Assembly: GCA_900617105.1 (NCBI GenBank) | Contig: UYFQ01000209.1 | Location: forward strand, 1-56,425 | Direction: 5' to 3' | Source of the DNA: Hydrurus foetidus | Lineage: Eukaryota | Length of the DNA stretch: 56,425 bases | Part shown: one piece after another, positions 48,561 to 56,425 of the stretch | Layout: the number at the start of each line of letters is the position of its first letter | Position numbering within the stretch: position 1 is the stretch's first letter | The notes under the pieces: model-generated | Databases searched by the model: none | What the model saw: only the letters and a program-made list of their open reading frames with translations | Told to the model about the DNA's origin: nothing | Program-made: the position numbers and the translations under genes

Positions 48561-49160
48561 AAAAAAATCTCACAGCTCTCTCATTCAAAATTCAAAACTC
48601 TGAACTACCAAATCCCTTTGGGACTGTAATATGACATGAACCCTCGTTCACCATGAGCTCTGTCATGCTCTCTGGCTTTTGAGCAGCTCTAGCCTGCTCA
48701 GAAAGCAAGGCATGATACCGCACGAGAATGAGGCCTGGAGACGTGACGCGTGCAAGAATATTAGGAGTCAAAAACTCGTCCGCATACAAGGAAAAATTGA
48801 TTTGATCGTAAAAACTTCAATTTTGACGCAAACTTCGGCAAAATGCTTCTGAAGCAATGGAGATCATAACCCAAAAGTTTGCCTCCTTAAAATTCACGTG
48901 GTAAAACAAAAGTTTCAAAACGTGGGTTCGAGAACACAAGCAAAATCAAGCGCAAAGCATGACATCAAAACCATGGCATCATCGCAAGTGCAGATAACCA
49001 GATATTAACAATCAGAAACAACTTACAACTTTGCAGCAGCCGCCGCGGTTTTTCTGTGGTGTATGCAGTCTCTAGTTGAGTTGTGGAGGCGATGGAGACT
49101 ACTCCGCAGTTCCTCAGATGGGTAGTTGGGTTTTGAGTGGGAGAGAGGTGAGGTTTTTTT
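48561..49160. mobile_element. Decayed inverted-repeat (MITE/foldback-like) remnant abutting the hAT right end
   Basis: 48561-48590 AAAAAAATCTCACAGCTCTCTCATTCAAAA against the reverse complement of 49131-49160 AAAAAAACCTCACCTCTCTCCCACTCAAAA gives 25/30 identity, followed by a shared AACTACC. Confidence 0.45.
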
Positions 49161-49748
49161 GAAGGAAAACCCATCGGCTCCCCACCTTTCCCCATAGGGA
49201 TGGCGGGAAATTTCTGAGGGCACAGCAGCACACGTCACACATGGCGTCACTGTAAACGACCTCTCTAGTGCATTGAGTATAAGAAGGGCATTTGATATCA
49301 CCACACCTTACAATTGTCGATCTCAAAAAATCTGTAGCGATGGAGTATGCTCAACTTGCATCCGGAGGTTCTGCAAAATCGACCGTTAAGGGAAAGAGTG
49401 CGGCAATGAAGCTGTAAGACTAAATACAAGATGTCCCCTTCTAGCGTTCGCAGCGAAGGTGGAGAAGCAGCTGCAGGCTACTGTCTCAATTCAGTGAGCT
49501 ATCGAGTAGACGAAGCTGTGAAGTACAACGTATTAAATTCTGATTAGAGTTTACAGATAGCCACGCAAAAGAGCTATCAGAACAGTTCATGACAGTGAAA
49601 CTACCTTGAGACAAAGTTCACAGCGAGATGTGTTGTTCATAGCATGTGCTTGAGGAACGTTGCATGAATGCTTATAGTAACGAAGTGTTTTGGCGATACT
49701 GAAGAATCATGAAAGGCGAACGTTCATTTGTTTGAGGTCAGAGGGTTC

Positions 49749-49890
49749 GTACTAACTGATACATGGCGATAGTACAGGGGTACGTATGCGTGTATATGTA
49801 TATGAACGTACATGCGTGAGTACTAACTGCTATATGGCGATATTATAGGAGTACGTATGCATGTGTATGTGTAAGAACGTACATGCGTAA
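49749..49890. repeat. Two diverged 71-bp tandem units within the Copia LTR
   Basis: GTACTAACTG..ATGGCGATA...GTACGTATGC...GAACGTACATGCGT starts at both 49749 and 49820. Confidence 0.8.
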
Positions 49891-49934
49891 GTACAGTGGT
49901 ACTTACGTATGTACGCCTATACATCTATGTACTA

Positions 49935-52900
49935 CAGGCTGATGGCGTCAAGAAACGTAAAATTACCTATGGGGGAAAATGCTCTCATTAGGGAATATCA
50001 TCTAATTAAATTAAAAAATCTATACAGACGCATCACTCATTTCTGACGAAGTCTCTGTCCATCTCCATGATGTTTCGATGCGTCTTCTGCTTCGACCTCA
50101 TTCTCTCAATTTCACTGTGAGTCAGGGTCGTCCTTCCGTTTCTCTGACCAGCAGAAAGATAAAGTCGAATGTAATCTCTCGCACGTCTCTCAAATTTCCA
50201 AATTCTTTCGAGCGGTAAAATACTCTGATCTTTACACAACACTCTCACTCGCTCGACAAACTTGACACCAGATTCAAGTTTCACAGCTAAATCGTTCTGT
50301 CGGCGTTGCTCAAATTTTAATTTCCCCCAGGAGTATTCAATCCCGCCACCTGCTGTCTCAGGTGTGCAAACGACGGAAGGCAGCAGTATATGTCCTCTTC
50401 TTTCGACGACATTTTGGAGGGCTGTCCTTTCGTACTTGAAATCTGGGCAGGAGTCGAGAACGAGGTGAGCATTCAATGAGTCAGGCAAAATTTTGTGCCC
50501 CGCACCAGCAATCAGGAACTTCTCCTGGGCGATCTTAGATTGCTTCCCTTGCATCCCTTCCACATACAACCCTCTTTCATACAAGATCTGAAATGAGGAC
50601 AACATTGTAATACAGGTCAAAAAGTGTAAAGAGTGGGACTGAACAGGGTTGAAGAGACTCACTTGGAGGATTCCTTTATTTTTGCCAACGTAGCCTTCGA
50701 TGACAAAAGGGGCACCTATATCTGAGTCTGCAGTCTCGTCAATTGCTCCGTCGGCTGACGGGCGTCTGTTTGAAATCTTTTTCCTTCTTTCCGTTTCTTT
50801 CGCGACTTGTGCATCATTCATGGGAGTATCGTATGGCTCAGCCTTTGGATCGTTGAATGGCTTTGGGTCTTCAGGCTGAAATACCATTTTCTGCAGCACC
50901 CCGACGGTAAGCTGTCTTCCATTTATAATTGGTGGATTGTCTCCCAAGCATCCCTCCTCAATCAATGAATCTCTTTTTGGAACTGTTTTACCACCCCATC
51001 TCAATCCCATTGCGTTGACCATCAAACCATCTGATTGTTCTTTTAAGTGTCCCGAAGAGTGGTCGACCTCGAGTAAAATCTGCATATTTGGATATAAAAT
51101 TTCAATCACATCCATGAAATCTATGCATTGCTCCTGAAATTTCTGACCATCCCAGTAACCTTCTTTTCCTCTTCCATTCCCGTACTGAAAAAACACCAGG
51201 CCTGGAGAATCGCCTTTCAATATTTGAGGACGGGGTCGTGATCCGTCAGCGGCTGATCTTTCATGTCGGATTTTATTGACCCGCTCTACCTCTTCTGGTG
51301 TCATGCCCAAACCGAATCCCCTCCATTCATCGACTATGGCGCTAACCATGACACCCTGGCCCTCGCTTTTCGGACGGAGCTTCACTTTTCCGTTTACTCT
51401 CCAGCATCTCGATGGTAAAGCATATTGCTTGAAAACAGCTTCATCCTGTCCTATGTGATAGACTGGTAAGTGACACTTACAGACTGATTCTTCATGTCGA
51501 TGCTTGCATTTGAAGTTGTTCCATCCTTCGTCACCGATGTTGTAGTAATATGCTCCTGGTATGCCAATCATCGCCATCATGTTTGTCCTATATCTTGTAT
51601 GTGACTCCTCTTCCATAAAGTCGACGTGAACTTTGACTAGTGGATCTGGTACTTCTTCTGTCACAGATGGTAGCGACGGATCAATCGCGCAAGACGTCAA
51701 AATTTGAGCTCTATTCTCCAAAGCTGCAGGTGTGGCTTTCGACAATGGTATGTCGATCCATACTGGAAGCCTCATGGCAAGCTGTAGCTGGGCTGGTCCG
51801 TACCTACAGTACGTACGGGGAAATTTCATGATGTTATGGGCTATCGTAGATAAGTATGCTGCTGCTTTTTACCTCTCTCGGAAATCGTTCTTCGTCTCCT
51901 CTGCTTCATGAGTATCTGTGTAATAAGATACTGTCGCTTTCTCATACTTACAACCCAACTTTAGCATCCACCGATGCACTGTTCGTTGGGTGAAAGGCCT
52001 TAAATCGCTCAACAGCTTTTGTCCATCTACGCTTGCCGGAGGATCCTTCGTAATGATGGATTCGAGAGCTCTCGTTGCAGCATCTACTGTCAGTTTTCTT
52101 TCGTTCTTGAGGTAAAGCTGAAACCTTTGAGTATACCCATATTCCTCAATGAATGTTGTTCTAGCGTGAGACCCTCTACAATCTTCCTGAAATGATTCTT
52201 TCTCCATGTATTCATGGTACCACATTCGTATGGTCTTCGAAGAGATTCGTCCGCCAGAGAGCAAACGAACTTCTTCAGATATTTTGCTTACAGAATTGTT
52301 AGCACGAAATGCATTTTTAGTTTCATCATAGTTGGCTAGAAGAACAGATAGATTGTCTTGTTCCCCTTTACTTCCGCTCTTTAGTCGTGCCTCCTGTAGC
52401 ACTGTCTTCAACATAACAATTTCTGCATCATCTCTACTCTCCAATTTCAAGAACATGTTGTAAGTAACGAAGCATTGCGCGGTGATGCGCACCAGCTGCG
52501 CTTTACTGGTGTTCGCCTGAGTAAAGACAGGTCCATCTTTTGTCAAATCGATAATGTTTTCCGCCTTCTCCTCGTCAGTCACAAACTCGCGTATCCTTTT
52601 GAAACAAGTTCCAGTATAAAGAGACTCTCTGAGTCCATTGATGAACTTGTCGGTTGTCCTTGTCCGAGTCTCCAATAACTGCAGTCTTTGATGAAGATAG
52701 GATAAGCCCGATTCGGTGCGAGCCTCCTGCTCCAGGTCTGACTTCTTCATCTCACATGGTGCATCAATTTGCAGCGATGACTGCAGTCTCATCCAGACTT
52801 TTTTCGACAAGATAACAGAACCTTCTGATGCAGGTTGGGTTTTGTATCTGTAGTAGCCGTATTGCAAACGCTTCAGCAACTGCTTATGGCAGTTACCTCG

Positions 52901-53516
52901 TAGCTCTGCGGCTCTCGGAGGATCGCATCTACTTCCTTTTCTTCTCTTCTTCAAAGGTGGTGTTGCATCATACTCTTCGCCTATATTTTTCTCAAACGTT
53001 TGTAATCTCTTCGTTCTCAAATGCTGGATTAGTCTCGGAATGTCTTCTCGAGCATGTTTCTCAGTCCAGTAACCTCTCAGTTCGTAGACTTTCTGGACGG
53101 TTTTCCATTTGCTGAGTGGCGAAACCACAATTCTATAGCGTAACATATCCTTCGTAACTCGGAACCCTCTCATATTATCCGTCACGCTCAGGATTTTCTC
53201 GTCTTCCATATCTTTGGTGAGGAGCTGTTCAGATCTGGTTATAGCAGTAGATTCGTGAGGTTCAGACCAACAAAATGACGCGGCCGCATAAGCTTGCAAT
53301 TGGATATTTGCGATGTTATCGCGCTCTGAAAATGTCAATGAAACACATTTTGCCTAATATTTTTGAAATTTCAAAATTTCTTCCTTATGCGCCTGCGCCA
53401 TCCTGTGCAGAATTTAATTTCGGTTCTTTTGAGAGGACAAGAAGCAGAAACCGTTCGGCCAAAGATATGGTTCGACGGATTCAAAAATTAGTATCCCTAT
53501 AGGTGCCATCAGCCCG
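49935..53516 (-). mobile_element. Apparently autonomous IS630/Tc1/mariner-related DNA transposon (3582 bp), short TIRs, TA TSD, inserted in the Copia 3' LTR
   Basis: TA|CAGGCTGATGGC (49933-49946) and GCCATCAGCCCG|TA (53505-53518), an 11/12 match, bracket a complete transposase gene. Confidence 0.85.
50033..53209 (-). CDS. DDE transposase, about 1010 aa, 3 exons, with a long insertion between the second Asp and the Glu
   Basis: Exons 53209-51873, 51803-50663 and 50587-50033; introns 51872-51804 (69 nt) and 50662-50588 (75 nt), both GT-AG. NLS PPLKKRRK; HTH-like TIRMWY and TVHRWMLKLG. Catalytic region HIGQDEAVF, RPKSEGQGVMVSA, GYWDG, VDHSSGH, KGILQ|ILYERGL, CPDF, and GH...PETAGGGIEYSWG. The start codon is uncertain because the frame is open to 53338. 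Confidence 0.85.
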
Positions 53517-53529
53517 TACGCTACTGGCG

Positions 53530-53845
53530 ATCGTACATACGTACATATTATATATGTACATACATGTGTAAGTACGTGTGTGTACGTATGCATATAATAA
53601 TTTGTACTAACACGTGCACGTACGTATGTACGTGTGTGCGTGACCATACAAGTGTACGCTATGCTATATGCGTGCGTACATACGTACGTACATATTGACT
53701 ATGTACGTACATGTGTAAGTACATGTGTGTACGTATGCATAAATGAGTATGCACTAACATGTGTAAGTACGTGTGTACGTGTGCATGTTATCATATCTGC
53801 ATGTGTACTTACGTACGTACGTGTCGCATAACGTACATGTATATA
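53530..53845. repeat. Alternating purine-pyrimidine (GTAC/TACA/TGTG-rich) tract with an internal duplication of about 140-bp period, within the Copia LTR
   Basis: CGTACATACGTAC...ATGTAC.TACATGTGTAAGTAC.TGTGTGTACGTATGCATA recurs at about 53532 and 53674. Confidence 0.7.
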
Positions 53846-54041
53846 TTTGAAACTATATTTGCAACTATATTACTACAGACATATCTTGATAGAATCAAGT
53901 GGTCTGACACTCCCCGTAGTGAAGATGTAGTGTAAAATAATGCATGTTTACTTATGAGCTACCTTTATAATATTAGAATTAACATAGTATATGTGTGATC
54001 AAGACAAATACAATATTAAAACATAATTAGTATAGTGCTAT

Positions 54042-56423
54042 TTAAAGATTTCGTCTCTGAGACTGATCTATAATTTGGTTTAGAAGTTTATTAAATATTG
54101 GTAGAGAAACTCTTTTTGTACCAATATCTGAATTATTATCGCACGATTTAACTTTAACAACTACGCAAGTACCATCAGCAACCTTCTCTTTGACCCAGTT
54201 TTCGGTGAGGTCGAGGTGCCTTAGGTTGCGTGTCATGTGTGCTGCCTTAGAATGGTATATACAGGCTTGGTTGTCTTCTTCAATAGAGGTTGGACCTTGG
54301 ACCCATCCCATCATGTTTAGGATGCCTCTGTTGGCTATGACCTCTGCTTTGAGTGTGTGGTTGACAGCCTTGATTTCCGACTCTGCCGTTGATGTTGATA
54401 TGCTGCCTTGGTCGGTGGAACACCAGCAGATAAGGTTACGGCCGAGGTATCCAAGGTATGCAGTCTGGGAGTGGCTATTGTCGGGATTACCACCCAAATC
54501 TGCATCGCATTGAAACCGGAGTTGAAGTAGCGTTGTCATAGTCTCGATGTCTCTGGGTCCATCGTGTCCATGGAACACTAGTCGATCACTTCGTGCGTAC
54601 TTGCAGTACTGCAATAAGTGTTTGAGGAATTTGATATGTCTGGGACCTGGGTTGTTACCATAACGGGATAGTACATTGAGTGCATACAGAATGCCGACCA
54701 TGGTATGTACCATACCGTACATTAGTTGACCCACGACCCTCCTGTACGGGTACTTCATACACTGCATACGTTCCTCAGGGGTAGAAGCGTTGTCTAGTTT
54801 TGACAATGCAGGTTCTTGGTCCCCAGTCGGGTATGGTAAGTGCATGTCCTTCGCACCAGATATATTAGCCTCTTTTATTATTGAATCAATCATGCGATGT
54901 TGATCCATATAATATGTGCCATCTTCATCACGCTGAATACGAATACCAACGAACTCCTTGTCAGTTGCATCAGTGACTTCATACTTGTGTGCATTGAAGG
55001 TGGCGATAATCAGATCCCATTCATCAAGTTTGTCCGAAGGACCAAACCATCTGAAGTCATCACTGTGAGCGATGATAAGCATGGGTCTACCATCTGTGGT
55101 CCATTTAAAGAAGAACTTGAGGTCCCAGGGTGTGTTCTTGTAACCACACTCGAAGATACAAATATCGAACTCTATGGAAAAGTTTTGCCCTGCAGGTGGG
55201 AATCCATAAAGATTGCCGACAGCCTGAAAGCAGAAACCGGGTGGGCAAGTGTATCCCTGCGGTGTCTTTATGTGCACCGGGAAGTTAACATTTGCTCTTG
55301 TAATGAGGTAAGCACCAATGAGGTCACCTCCTTTCATTACTAGTCCATATGCTGCTGCAATGCTTAGTGCCATCTTGATGGAACACGATGATACATTTCC
55401 GCAGTATACGGCGTCGGGGTCGAAGTCCACGAGTGGTATCATCATATCTCCCCGTCCCACTAAACGGGCCTTTTTCGTACCGTCGGTTTTTATACTAAAA
55501 AGCCACATCATTGGTACCAGGTGTTGGTCAATGTATGGTACTACATGTAAACATGAGTTCTTCTCGAATTTCTTTAATTCAGTATCTATTGCGTTTTTCC
55601 ATTCAGGTATAGCCATAGCTTTCCAGAATGATTTTGGCACATTGAGTTGATCGAAATTGATGAAGAGTTTTTCGTGATGACTTGCTTCAATCAATGAGAG
55701 AAAATGTTCGTGATTTCTAACATGAGTAGAGTACCAGTAGACAGCATCGTCATTTTCAATGTTTTGAATCGGTGTATTAATACCAATGTCATTATCATCG
55801 ATGTCGGATTTGTTATTTGTATCTCTAATTGGTGTTGGATCAAACGGTATATTCTGTTTTGTTGATTTGATATTAGTCGATCCAGATTTATTAACAATTT
55901 TGTTATTGTTAATGACATTTGGATGTATTTTCGCTGGAATAGGATTTTCAGGAGTTCGATTCTGAATAATGCAAGGTATTACAGGTACAGGGTGTATTGG
56001 AATAGCTGGAGTTGCTAGTTGTTGTTCAGAATCTTTTTCAACTACCTTGTTAGCTGGTAGGACTGCAGAGATATCGTTATTGATATTCTGGTGTAAATTA
56101 GAAAAGTCAAGATCGGATGGGTACTCGTCCGTGTAATTATAATTATTGTCTTTGTCGAAAATGACGTCCTTACTTGTCCTAATTTTGCCGAAGATTCCGG
56201 TTGGTAGTATTTCAATGACCTTAAAACAAGGCTCGAGCGTTCTCGATAAATCGTAACCAACAAATCTGGCTTTGTATGCACGAGGAAAACCGATTTTTCC
56301 TTTCCTATCTTCAAGCGCGATGTAAACCCAACATTATCTCCAAAAGGCCTTGAGGTTCTTGAGGATTACATGCTTTCAAGTGATAAGATGATACGGTGAT
56401 GTCTTGATTGCTGAATGGTAATG
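54042..56423 (-). pseudogene. Copia pol (integrase C-terminus/SH3-like, RT, RNase H) with two in-frame nonsense codons; 5' part outside the window
   Basis: One frame reads SPYHLIT*KH...AFWR*CWVY...ARFVGYD...RTSKDVIFD...WKNAIDTEL...KKARLVGRG...NLYGFPPAG...AHSDDF...PYRRVVGQLMY...CDADLGG...STSTAESE...EDNQACI...SDIGTK. Stops are TGA at 56378-56376 and TAA at 56336-56334. Confidence 0.9.
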
Positions 56424-56425
56424 GA

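Larger units (their letters stand above)
49413..56425 (-). mobile_element. Ty1/Copia LTR retrotransposon, 3' part (integrase C-terminus, RT, RNase H, PPT and interrupted 3' LTR)
   Basis: Domain order INT-RT-RH on the minus strand. The PPT-like CGGGGAG (53916-53910) is followed by the LTR start TGTCAGACCA at 53909. The candidate LTR end is TGTAAGACTA at 49413 (8/10 inverted match). The LTR is about 913 bp once the nested transposon is removed. Confidence 0.8.

Noticed and set aside
50033..53338. Two separate genes (489 aa and 598 aa) in the transposon
   Set aside because: A 69-nt GT-AG intron joins them in frame into one transposase.
56334..56378. In-frame TGA/TAA in Copia pol as recoding or an alternative genetic code
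   Set aside because: Host genes here end in TAA, TAG and TGA normally and have no internal stops. Simple nonsense mutations or base errors in a dead copy explain it.

Overview
Intron-rich eukaryotic nuclear DNA, most likely from a flagellated, plastid-bearing stramenopile (ochrophyte, chrysophyte-like). That assignment is inferred from bipartite plastid-targeting peptides, ciliary genes and intron style. A gene-dense core (about 1.1-44.6 kb) holds nine spliced genes: an organelle-targeted eukaryotic-type aspartyl-tRNA synthetase, a small plastid-targeted membrane protein, a large IQ-repeat/B-box/WW protein, TYW1, a hypothetical protein, pelota, a CFAP97-domain protein, an alpha/beta-hydrolase lipase and mitochondrial ribosomal protein S18. 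The left end is the 3' end and LTR of a chromodomain Ty3/Gypsy retrotransposon. The right end (about 44.7-56.4 kb) is a nested transposon island. It contains a 40-bp hairpin element, a CACTA-type MITE, an intact hAT carrying a MITE, a decayed inverted-repeat element, and a Ty1/Copia element. The Copia 3' LTR is interrupted by an intact, intron-containing IS630/Tc1/mariner-like transposon with an unusually long DD216E catalytic spacing. A recurring set of MITEs with GAGTG...CACTC ends is scattered through the window. No rRNA, credible tRNA or CRISPR array was found. Exon boundaries were read by eye and may be off by a few bases, and no database searches were run.
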